From an uncultured Planctomycetaceae bacterium (GTDB taxonomy: Bacteria; Planctomycetota; Planctomycetia; Pirellulales; PALSA-1355), in assembly GCA_963785305.1 (NCBI GenBank), contig CAWAUV010000007.1:1984001-2048000 (forward strand): DNA of 64,000 bases, read 5' to 3'. The stretch's first letter is position 1, and every line of letters begins with the position of its first letter. This document shows positions 55,856-64,000 of this stretch, piece after piece. The notes under the pieces are model-generated. The model was not told the origin of the DNA, made no database searches, and saw only the letters and a list, made by a program, of their open reading frames with translations. Position numbers and translations under genes: made by a program.

Positions 55856-56924
55856 TCACTCGGTTGCAAGGTCATGCGTGCCCAGTTTGAAGTGGGGCAC
55901 GCCGGGCATGAATTCGATTTTCGCCCTTTGCCGCTCTTGCTGCGCGAGCGCGAGAAACAGCGCCTGCGAGACCGGGGCCCTGAGCTGGTCGCGCACATCG
56001 GTCCATTTCTTCTCGCCCGGCTTCACTTCCGTGACCAGAATCAAATGCACGCCGAAGTGCGTCGCCACCGGCTGGCTGATTTTGTCGGGCTCGAGTTGAA
56101 ACGCCGCTTGGGCAAACGATTCTTCCATCGCCCCGTGGCGGGAAATGAAACCCAGGTCGCCGCCATGCTCGCGGCTGGGGCCGGCCGAGTACGCGCCGCG
56201 CGGCGTCTTCAAACGTGAGCTTGCCCGCGACGATCTTCTCGCGGAGCTCGGCCGCTTCGGCGAGCAGCTTCTTGATTGCTTCTTGATCGCCGCTCAGCGC
56301 GGGCCGCAACAAGATATGGCTCACACGAACTTCGGTCCCGTCGAAATCGGCATGGTGGGCATCGAAAAACGCCTGATAGGCCGTGTCGCTCATTTTGCTC
56401 TGCACGAACCTTTCCCAGAGCGTTTGCCAAGCCAGCCGGGCGCGAAACTCGCTTTCGGTCTGCCGCTGCTCGGCCAGGAAACTCTCGAAGGATATCTTTT
56501 GTTGGTCAAGCTGCATCCGGATTTGCTTTTCGGCCAGCCCGACTTGGGCATCGGAGATCGAGGCGCCGGTGCGCTTCACCAATTGCTCGACCAGCAGCCG
56601 GTCGATGAGCTGCGCGAGCACTTCGGCACTGAGCGTGGTCGTGCCCTCGGCATTGACCTGACGACCGGCCAACACGCGCCGCACGCCGCTCTCGACCTCG
56701 CTCCGCTCGATCGCCTGGCCGTTGACGATCGCCGCCGCGCCCTTGGCGCCGCCAGAGTCGGGGGCCGATGCCTCGCGCTCGCTCGCGCCGCCCGCGGCAA
56801 GCGCCGCGGGCGGCGCAAGCGCGATCGCGAGTCCGATACATGCCCACAGATTTGCCCAGCGGGGGCGGCGACATCGCATCGAGCGCTCAACGCGGGCGCG
56901 GTTCCGCATGCTTTGCATTCGCAT
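55856..56924 (-). CDS. Parvulin-type PPIase (SurA/PrsA-like); frameshift near 56195
   Basis: Signal peptide; AIVNGQAI; VRVSHILL; FEDAAR; GGDLGF; THFGVHLI. Confidence 0.88.
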
Positions 56925-56935
56925 ATTCGATTTCG

Positions 56936-58249
56936 TTAGGGCAAGGGAAGGTCGTGGAATTCATAGTCCACCGGCAGTTCCAAAATCGCGAGCGGAGTGC
57001 GATAGACAAAGGCCAAACCGGCAAGGCTGTCGGTGGCGTCGAACAGATATTTGATGCCCACTTCGTCGCGCGATTCGCGGGTTTGCTCGTAGCTGGCCGG
57101 CGCGATCCGGGCGCCGTCGGCGCTTTCGAAATAGGCGTCGTTATCGAAAATCCAGCCGCGGTGCGATTCGAGCGAGTCGCCCGGCTCGTCGAATTTGGCT
57201 CGCACATCGACTTCCCATGCTTCGTTGTTCTTCCGAATCCGATCGAGCGACACCGTGACGGCCGCCTTGCGCTGCTCGACGCGCTTGGGCTCGCCGCCGC
57301 CTTTGGCCAACGGCAGTTCGGTGAAGCGAAACTCCTCGGCCGGGCCCGAGACGAGCGCTTTGATGTGTCCCTTGAGCGTGTCGATTTTGCCGACCGATCG
57401 GGGCGGCAGCACGAGCGGAATCTGGAGCTCGACGCTGGTGTGGTCGCCGGTGACGGAAGTTTCGGGCTCGGCGCCTTCGTTATCCACGGCGATTTCGCCC
57501 TCGCTGCTTGTGGCGCGGATCGTGGCCAGCGGTTGAACGAGCGTGATCGGGCGGAGCCGCGGTTCCCAAGCCACTTCGAGAAACAATTTCAGCGATCGGC
57601 TGTCGCGCCTTTGCAAATCGACTTCGGCTTCGAGCCTCGTGGGCGCGATGCGAAATGGCCCGCTATAGCTGACGAATTGACTTCGGGGCGATTGACCCGG
57701 CGCGCGATGGATCACATGGATCGAGCGCGCCGAGCCATAGTTGTAGACCGAGAGATTGGTTGCATCCAGGATTTGATCGAGCGCTTGCCAGAAAGGGCGA
57801 TGATCGAATTCGAGCGTGATATTCGTCGCCGCCGGCGCGTCGCCGAAGTCCTCGCGGCGATCGACCACCGAGTTGCCGCTCTGTTTGCTGATCGTGGCGA
57901 GCACTTCAGCCAGCGGCATGTCGACCGCATGCAGGCTCACGACACTGGCCCGCGTGGAAGCTTCCACTTGCCGCAACATGAGCGATTGCCGCACCCGGCG
58001 CAGCCGCTCGCTGACCTCGGCTGGCGTGCGATCGTTTACCGGCGGCAAGAGCGGCAACACCTCGGGGCCCAGTTCGACCAAGCCCTTTTCGGCGGCTTCG
58101 CGTTCGGCCAAATCGCGAGCATTGAGCGAACGAACCAGCTTCTTGGTTTCGGCGGCCACATCGGCCGCGCGGGCCGACGGGGCGGCCGCGATCAGGAACA
58201 TGGCGACGAGAGCCCAAACCGCCCGAAGGCTCGGCGAGTGGCGATTCAT
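56936..58249 (-). CDS. Exported planctomycete hypothetical protein
   Basis: Signal peptide; HEAT-like EREAAEKGLVELGP; STN-like PLAEVLATISKQSGN/FWQALD; AWEPRLRP; FHDLPLP end. Confidence 0.7.
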   Translation of the reverse strand: MNRHSPSLRAVWALVAMFLIAAAPSARAADVAAETKKLVRSLNARDLAEREAAEKGLVELGPEVLPLLPPVNDRTPAEVSERLRRVRQSLMLRQVEASTRASVVSLHAVDMPLAEVLATISKQSGNSVVDRREDFGDAPAATNITLEFDHRPFWQALDQILDATNLSVYNYGSARSIHVIHRAPGQSPRSQFVSYSGPFRIAPTRLEAEVDLQRRDSRSLKLFLEVAWEPRLRPITLVQPLATIRATSSEGEIAVDNEGAEPETSVTGDHTSVELQIPLVLPPRSVGKIDTLKGHIKALVSGPAEEFRFTELPLAKGGGEPKRVEQRKAAVTVSLDRIRKNNEAWEVDVRAKFDEPGDSLESHRGWIFDNDAYFESADGARIAPASYEQTRESRDEVGIKYLFDATDSLAGLAFVYRTPLAILELPVDYEFHDLPLP

Positions 58250-58387
58250 GGGAGAAGCTCCGAAAGTTCGGCGAACGAGCCGCGTTAAAAACCGGAAAAC
58301 CGGCCGAACCCGCTCCGGGCGCGGGAACCGGCCTCTTGGTTCGATTCTACGGCCTCGCGCCGCGGGCGCCAACCGCTCGCCCTCGGC

Positions 58388-58422
58388 CTAGCAGCGTGTT
58401 GAATATTTCAACAGGCTGCTAG
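58388..58422. repeat. 35-bp CTAG-bounded palindrome (abutted IS-end-like mini element)
   Basis: CTAGCAGCGTGTTGAATATTTCAACAGGCTGCTAG; related copies at 19284-19305 and 27842-27860. Confidence 0.75.
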
Positions 58423-58458
58423 GCCCGCGCACAGCCCTGTTTTCAATGTAGGCTTTTC

Positions 58459-59631
58459 TTGGCGGCTTGTTTGGTGGGGTTGCCGGTGGCGCGGCAATTG
58501 CAAGACCTGCGGGGGGATCGATGCGCGGCGATCGTGAGCGATGGATTATTTCGGGCTGGACACTATGCGCTAGGCGCCGCCCTAGGCAGCGCTCTAGGAA
58601 ACGCCAGGGGCGCTACTCCCGCCCCGCGGCCGATGATGGAAATTCACTGTAAAACGAACGCCTTCGAGGCCACGCTCCTCCGTTCGGGCGGCCATCAAAT
58701 GGAGTGGCTTGCCCGCGATGGCCGGCTCTGGAGCCTCGACGATCGGACGATCGTGAGCTCGCGCAAGTTGGCGATGCCGTTTCGCGGCGCGGCGCCGGCC
58801 GAAGTGCGCGCGGCGCTCGAGCGCGAAGTCGATGGCCGGCTGAGTGTCGGCGGTGTGGGATGTTTTGTCGTGGCCGCGCCCCAGGGGCAAACGCGGCTTT
58901 GGAGCCGGCGGTTCGAGGGGCTTTATCGTTCGTTCGTGCATTACTTCGCCGTGCGGGGGCTCGCGCCGCGCGAGCCCGAGTTTCCACTCGTGGCCGTGGT
59001 GTGGCCGAGTCAGGCCGAATTCCTGGAGCGGGCCCACCAGGAAGGTTATAAGATCGGCGCCGGGGTGCTTGGATATTATTCGCCGGAATCGAATCGTGTG
59101 TCGCTCTATGATTCGGCGCCGCTGCGTGGCGGCGATTGGGGACAAACGGCCAGCGTCATCATTCACGAAGCGACCCATCAAACCGCGTTCAACACCGGCC
59201 TGCACAACCGCTTCTCGCCGCCACCGCGCTGGCTGGCCGAGGGGCTGGGCATGATGTTCGAGGCGCCCGGAGTGTGGAATAGCGAGCGCTACCCGCAAGC
59301 GGCTCAGCGGGTGAATCGCGAGCGCTTGGCCAGTTTTCGGCTGTGGCTCGCCAGGGGACGCAACGCCCAAACATGGCTCGACCTGGTGGCGAGTGACGCG
59401 ATGTTCGGCCGCCGGCCGGTTGAGGCGTATGCCGAGAGTTGGGCGTTTAGCTTCTATTTAGCGGAGACTTCGCCAAGCAAATACAACGCGCTGCTCAAAC
59501 GCACCGCCGCCAAGCCCGACTTCTCGACCGACACCGCCGCGACGCGGTTGGCCGACTTCCACGCGATTTTCGGCGACCGCGACGCAATGCTCGAAGCCGA
59601 CTTCTTGCGCTACATGGCGGCGATTCGCTGA
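58459..59631 (+). CDS. DUF1570 zincin-like protein (start uncertain)
   Basis: GYYSPESNR, IIHEATHQ (HExxH), WLAEGL, AYAESWA. Confidence 0.85.
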   Translation: MAACLVGLPVARQLQDLRGDRCAAIVSDGLFRAGHYALGAALGSALGNARGATPAPRPMMEIHCKTNAFEATLLRSGGHQMEWLARDGRLWSLDDRTIVSSRKLAMPFRGAAPAEVRAALEREVDGRLSVGGVGCFVVAAPQGQTRLWSRRFEGLYRSFVHYFAVRGLAPREPEFPLVAVVWPSQAEFLERAHQEGYKIGAGVLGYYSPESNRVSLYDSAPLRGGDWGQTASVIIHEATHQTAFNTGLHNRFSPPPRWLAEGLGMMFEAPGVWNSERYPQAAQRVNRERLASFRLWLARGRNAQTWLDLVASDAMFGRRPVEAYAESWAFSFYLAETSPSKYNALLKRTAAKPDFSTDTAATRLADFHAIFGDRDAMLEADFLRYMAAIR

Positions 59632-59696
59632 CGACGGAGACGGCGGCATTGCGCGATCGCGCACCGAATGATTCGATAGGTTTTTATAGATCCGGA

Positions 59697-62312
59697 TTAA
59701 GATTCTTCAATGCCTAATTCGGCTTCTTCCACAAGTTCACTTGCGCAAAGGTCGGCTTGGAGTTTCTCGATGGCAACTCGCAGCGGCTCGTAAATGGCAA
59801 TTTCCTGACCGACGATCTCAAATGTCACGGCCAGCGTGTAGTTGGCCGTGTTGTCGGGGTCTTCGCTCCAGCCTTTATGGCCGCGCACCGCAATGCAAAA
59901 ATCTTCCGGCAAGGCATTCGAGCGAACGTAGGCCCAGTCTTTCTGAACGGTTCCGATGCTCCGGCGAACGTCGGCGATTTGCCCGTCGCTGGATCGGGGG
60001 CTGATCGTCCAGCGAAAACTTTTTCCTTCGCGGATGGCCTGATCTTCAATCTTCACGGCACGGGAAACAAACGAATCCAAACGCTCTTCTTTGCGATTGC
60101 TCATCCAGTCGAGCCATGTGGAGAGATAACCGCGATGTGTGCGGCGGGTACGTCGCGGCTCTGCCGCATAGGACAGCGTGACTTCGACCAGGATGTTGTA
60201 GTCCAGCCCGGCTCGGCGAATCGCATCGGGGATCGGCACTTGATAGACGTGGCAACCGCCCGGCTTGATTCCCTGCTCCCCGGCCGTGATGAACGTAGTA
60301 CGGTAATCGGTGTTGGTCGTCGCCCGGTCAATGTCTGGCACGCCGTATCCAATGCGGGCAATCAAGGCCGTCCGTTCTTCCGCGGGCAAGTCCCTTGCCC
60401 AGTCGGGCCAGCGAGCCGATTGAACAATCAAGGCGCGATACAGGAGGCACGATTCCTCGGGCAACACGTCCTGGAGGCGTGCAGCGATACGGGTAACCTT
60501 TGGTGCTGCGTAAGATGTGCCAACATCATCGCGGTCAAATGCCGGGCCACCATGTAGCGTTGATCGAATGAGGGGCGGATAGCATTCCTTGGCATGGCTC
60601 GGTGCGGAAACACTCGGCGTATCGCCGGGCGTTCGCAAGAAATCGCCTCCGAACTCAACGACTTCAGGCTTGATCGAATCCCAAATACCAAGACCGCACC
60701 GGCTGAACGCGGAAGGTTCGCCGGGCCGGGACGCAAAACTACGCCAGTCGTGCTGTTCATAAACGCCATAGCCCACGGAGCCGACCGTTAGTGCCTGAAG
60801 GCTCTGTGCCGGGTTCGATAATCGGCAGGACTGTTCAGCAAGATATGCTGGATATGGTTTGCCCGCCGAAAGGAACTCGGCGACACCGGCTTTCGGTGCA
60901 GCGGCCGAAGGCCGTAAGTTGCCGATGCTCTGAATGAAAAGGATGTCGTGTTCGTTGCACAAACGGTCAATCTCGGCCGCCCATGCCGACATGTGCCTGG
61001 TGCGACATGGGGCATCGGCATTGATCGAATGGTTGTAAATGCGGGTCTTGCGCGGTCCCTTGTGATAATGCTGTACCACTTCGCGAATCAACGCGGGTGG
61101 TAGGATTTCATCGGGGAGCTTGCAATTGCCATCTAAGACGCGGGCATTTTGAATCCAGGTTTGCGACTGGTGCGTTCCCGCTTCGGGGATATCGTCAGCA
61201 TAAAGGACCGCACCGGCAACGCGCGTTCCGTGACCGCCGTTGCGAACATGATCGGCAATTTCGGTTGGTTGCGTATCGGGCAAGAAACAACGTGAGGAGT
61301 CCTTGTCGATAGCAGGTTCCAGGTGCAGACGGCCTTCCTGGATGCCGCTGTCGATGACACAAACCACCGGAGCGTCTTGCGACGGCGGCGAAATCGTCAG
61401 GCGAGTCTGGATATCGCGAAGTTGCCGGGTATGTTGTTGCGGCAACTCGATTTCATCAGGCTCCGTGACTTCAAAAACGTAGGGGTGATTGACGATGAGG
61501 TCTTTGAGCCCCCGCCCCGATATGCGAATCCGCAACTCGAAATAATCCGGCGGAGCGTCCGAATTCGGCGCGGTGTCGCCGGTAATCTCGCCCTTGTAGA
61601 AGCCGATGAAATGTCGCACCGTGGCGAGCCGTTCATCTTTGAGCCGGTCCCATTGCTCATATGCTTCACTTTGGGCCTTCGACCATTCCGCTTCTTTCTT
61701 CGCCCATGTTTTGTCAGTCAGTCTTCCCCGCTTCGGCTTTTTGGGAAGAATCCAGTTTCCCTGGCAGGAGATGCTGACATCGACGATGTAAGGCGCATCG
61801 GTGTCGAGTTGAGGCAGTTCAGCAAACAACCGATCCGTGAGGATGCGACGTAACCGCTCTTCGCTGGTCAGGTCTTCACGAAGTTCGTGGATTTTGGCAA
61901 TCCCCGCCGATCCCTCGATGCTGCCGATGAAATCGTTAAGCTTCCCTCGGAAGTAATCGAGTGACTCGTCTTCGGTTGCAACGATGACAAAGCCATCGTC
62001 CTGTTCGGAGATAATCTCAAACCCGAAGAAATGGCGCAGGTCATCGATGTCGAGCACCGGATCGATTTGGAGCAACAACGGTATGCCCTTATCGATTGCC
62101 GGAAGCCCGGCTTGCGTCCGGGATTCACGCTTTGCATTCCAGTTCGCGGTGACCGTGCTGACCTGGCCACTCAGTTTCGAGCTATGTGCCGTCCGGTTTT
62201 TTCGATTGGATTTCGTCAGCTCGGTTTCGACGAAATGTGGCTTTCGATACCGCGCGTCGCCATCTTCGCGGCGGACTAACGGTAAATGCTCGAATTGGTG
62301 TGGCCCCGGCAT
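59697..62312 (-). CDS. ietS: S8 subtilisin-like serine protease, IetS/Y4bN-type
   Basis: Triad motifs VCVIDSG, GHGTRVAG, GTSYAAP; IKPEVVEFGG; GYGVPD; VTLSY; GTVQKD; no signal peptide. Confidence 0.85.
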   Translation of the reverse strand: MPGPHQFEHLPLVRREDGDARYRKPHFVETELTKSNRKNRTAHSSKLSGQVSTVTANWNAKRESRTQAGLPAIDKGIPLLLQIDPVLDIDDLRHFFGFEIISEQDDGFVIVATEDESLDYFRGKLNDFIGSIEGSAGIAKIHELREDLTSEERLRRILTDRLFAELPQLDTDAPYIVDVSISCQGNWILPKKPKRGRLTDKTWAKKEAEWSKAQSEAYEQWDRLKDERLATVRHFIGFYKGEITGDTAPNSDAPPDYFELRIRISGRGLKDLIVNHPYVFEVTEPDEIELPQQHTRQLRDIQTRLTISPPSQDAPVVCVIDSGIQEGRLHLEPAIDKDSSRCFLPDTQPTEIADHVRNGGHGTRVAGAVLYADDIPEAGTHQSQTWIQNARVLDGNCKLPDEILPPALIREVVQHYHKGPRKTRIYNHSINADAPCRTRHMSAWAAEIDRLCNEHDILFIQSIGNLRPSAAAPKAGVAEFLSAGKPYPAYLAEQSCRLSNPAQSLQALTVGSVGYGVYEQHDWRSFASRPGEPSAFSRCGLGIWDSIKPEVVEFGGDFLRTPGDTPSVSAPSHAKECYPPLIRSTLHGGPAFDRDDVGTSYAAPKVTRIAARLQDVLPEESCLLYRALIVQSARWPDWARDLPAEERTALIARIGYGVPDIDRATTNTDYRTTFITAGEQGIKPGGCHVYQVPIPDAIRRAGLDYNILVEVTLSYAAEPRRTRRTHRGYLSTWLDWMSNRKEERLDSFVSRAVKIEDQAIREGKSFRWTISPRSSDGQIADVRRSIGTVQKDWAYVRSNALPEDFCIAVRGHKGWSEDPDNTANYTLAVTFEIVGQEIAIYEPLRVAIEKLQADLCASELVEEAELGIEES

Positions 62313-62318
62313 GGTCGA

Positions 62319-63323
62319 TCATCCGTTGCGATGGTGTGAATCTGTTCGCTTTAATTCAGCGATGGCAGCCTTCAGATGAGTAACAGTGATGAGTTTCTGC
62401 CCCGCGAGCACAGCGGCCTTCGCAGCATCCTGGGCTGCCTTCACGACCATTGCCGCCGACACTCCCGATAGGCTTTGGACAATGCTATGCCAGTCCAGGT
62501 TCTCGACGACCGGAATGGACGACAGCGTCATTTTCAATAGATTTTCAATCTCGTCCGCTCCCGGCAGAGGCACGGAGAAAACATCATCGAATCGGCGAAA
62601 TAATGCTATGTCCAGCGAGTCTTCGACGTTCGTCGTTGCAACAAGCAGGCCGGGCGCTTCGTATTCTTCCATCAGCGTCAGCAAGGAATTGACGATACGC
62701 GAGGCCTCACCGATGTCTTTGGAGTTATTGCGCGAGCGTGCGATGAAGTCGCACTCGTCGAGCAGCAAAACGCAAGGGCGTTCCTTCGCCATCTCAAACA
62801 CCGCTCGCAGGTTGCTGGCGGATTCGCCGAAGTACGATGAAATCAACGCATCGAATCGCACCTTGAGCAACGGCAGGCCCACATTCCAGGCAAGACGCTT
62901 GGCTCCCAGCGATTTTCCACAACCCGGCGGACCGTAGAGAAGCACCGTCTTCCTGGGGCGAAGCCCATAGGCTCCCAGTCGCTCGCGTGCGGCAAACTCT
63001 TTTTCGATGCGTGCGAACCGCTCATCGATTTCCTTGGGGAGAACCATGTGATGTTCAAGCGATTCGCGCGGAATCAGCGTAACAAGCGATTCGCCATGAC
63101 GGCGGCTCGTGGGTAAGTCTTTCAGGCGGCCGGCTTCATTTGTTGCGTTCTGCTTCGATTTCGCGGAACGCGGGCGCGTGAGAATGGCTTCCAGTTGATC
63201 GGCAAGCTTACTGTGCCCGACCTGCCGTTCGGATTCGACGACCGTGTGAGCGAGCCGCTCCAGGTCCCCCTGGGACCCTTCCGCGATTGCGCGAACAAGG
63301 CGTTTTAGAATTTCTGCGTTCAT
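62319..63323 (-). CDS. ietA: AAA+ ATPase, IetA-type
   Basis: Walker A GPPGCGKS, SSYFGES, Walker B LLLDECD, ATTN, ALFRRFD; 6 bp upstream of the protease. Confidence 0.88.
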   Translation of the reverse strand: MNAEILKRLVRAIAEGSQGDLERLAHTVVESERQVGHSKLADQLEAILTRPRSAKSKQNATNEAGRLKDLPTSRRHGESLVTLIPRESLEHHMVLPKEIDERFARIEKEFAARERLGAYGLRPRKTVLLYGPPGCGKSLGAKRLAWNVGLPLLKVRFDALISSYFGESASNLRAVFEMAKERPCVLLLDECDFIARSRNNSKDIGEASRIVNSLLTLMEEYEAPGLLVATTNVEDSLDIALFRRFDDVFSVPLPGADEIENLLKMTLSSIPVVENLDWHSIVQSLSGVSAAMVVKAAQDAAKAAVLAGQKLITVTHLKAAIAELKRTDSHHRNG

Positions 63324-63548
63324 GACAAATCCGCTTTGGTTATCTCGTTCATTTAAATCAAGCGTTTTTCATCCGCGTAATCACGGCATGTGCTCTATCG
63401 GCGGTCTTTTGTTCGCTTACGGTTCGCGGGCTATCCCATAATGCCAGCATTCCGCGTTCGACGTCGCGAAGGTGTCCCGGCAAGTCATTTTAGCTGCGGA
63501 AGTTTGCGCTGCCACGCAAGCGAGGGCACGAAAGTTGAGTTTCGGCGC

Positions 63549-64000
63549 TCAAGCGGCCCGCGGCGCAATCGCCGCGCAAGCTTCACGCTCCATGCACTGG
63601 GCGCCCTCGCGGCAAGTGCCATCGGCAGCGAGCAGGGATTCGATGGCGTCGACCGTGCGGACCGTGGCGCCTTGATTGCATCGAACGACTTCTTGCGCCC
63701 GTCGCCCAAGGCCGGCGGCAAACTCGGGATCGGCCAGCGTTCGGCCGACGAATTCGGTGAGCGATGGCCCATCGGCGACGACCACGGCGGCGTCGGCGGC
63801 CAAGAGCGCCGCCACCACATCGCGAAAGTTGTGCGTGCGCGGGCCAAACGACACCGCCACGCCGTAGGCCGCGGGCTCGATCATGTTTTGCCCGCCGCGC
63901 GAACCGAGACTTCCGCCGACGAACCCGACATGGGCCAAGCCCCACCACGCGCCGAGCTCGCCGATCCGATCGACCACCAGCACACGCGCCGCGGGATTGG
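63549..64000 (-). CDS. waaA: 3-deoxy-D-manno-octulosonic acid transferase, 3' part
   Basis: DRIGEL, FVGGSL, GGQNMIEPAAYG, GPRTHNF, NQGA. Confidence 0.9.
   Translation of the reverse strand, partial: NPAARVLVVDRIGELGAWWGLAHVGFVGGSLGSRGGQNMIEPAAYGVAVSFGPRTHNFRDVVAALLAADAAVVVADGPSLTEFVGRTLADPEFAAGLGRRAQEVVRCNQGATVRTVDAIESLLAADGTCREGAQCMEREACAAIAPRAA

Noticed and set aside
2148..56924. Mass pseudogenisation or programmed frameshifting in core genes
   Set aside because: Single-base indels without accumulated stops, even in essential bamA, are better explained by sequencing error; only the IS630 A8 site looks programmed
1..64000. CRISPR array
   Set aside because: All repeats seen are spacer-less tandems or hairpins; no cas genes

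Overview
GC-rich chromosomal segment that looks planctomycetal (Pirellulales-like), judged from a BBP7-type barrel, DUF1549/1553+DUF1501, DUF1570, a Flp pilin and PEP-CTERM proteins. The core is mostly envelope, transport and metabolic genes: bamA, corA, a POT transporter, pepA, a polyprenyl synthetase, uxaE, a sugar transferase, an acyl-CoA ligase, a plsC-like acyltransferase, a parvulin PPIase and waaA. About 20 single-base frameshifts occur, including one in bamA, and most of those I could place sit beside GCGC, which points to long-read basecalling error rather than gene decay. Notable items: (1) an uncharacterised operon of DUF2760 (possibly GrpE-like) plus two atypical Hsp70s; (2) a lone cyanophycin-synthetase-like ligase with a degenerate Mur domain; (3) a ~9.5 kb phage/satellite remnant at the 3' end of tRNA-Arg(TCT), broken up by IS630, IS66 and IS1380 and carrying a proteasome-beta-like ORF, an excisionase-like HTH, a lone tape-measure gene and an ECF sigma factor; (4) an ietAS-type AAA ATPase/S8 protease cassette; (5) a structured leader ahead of a PEP-CTERM cluster, plus several small palindromic repeat elements. 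All family assignments come from motif recognition by eye; no database searches were run.
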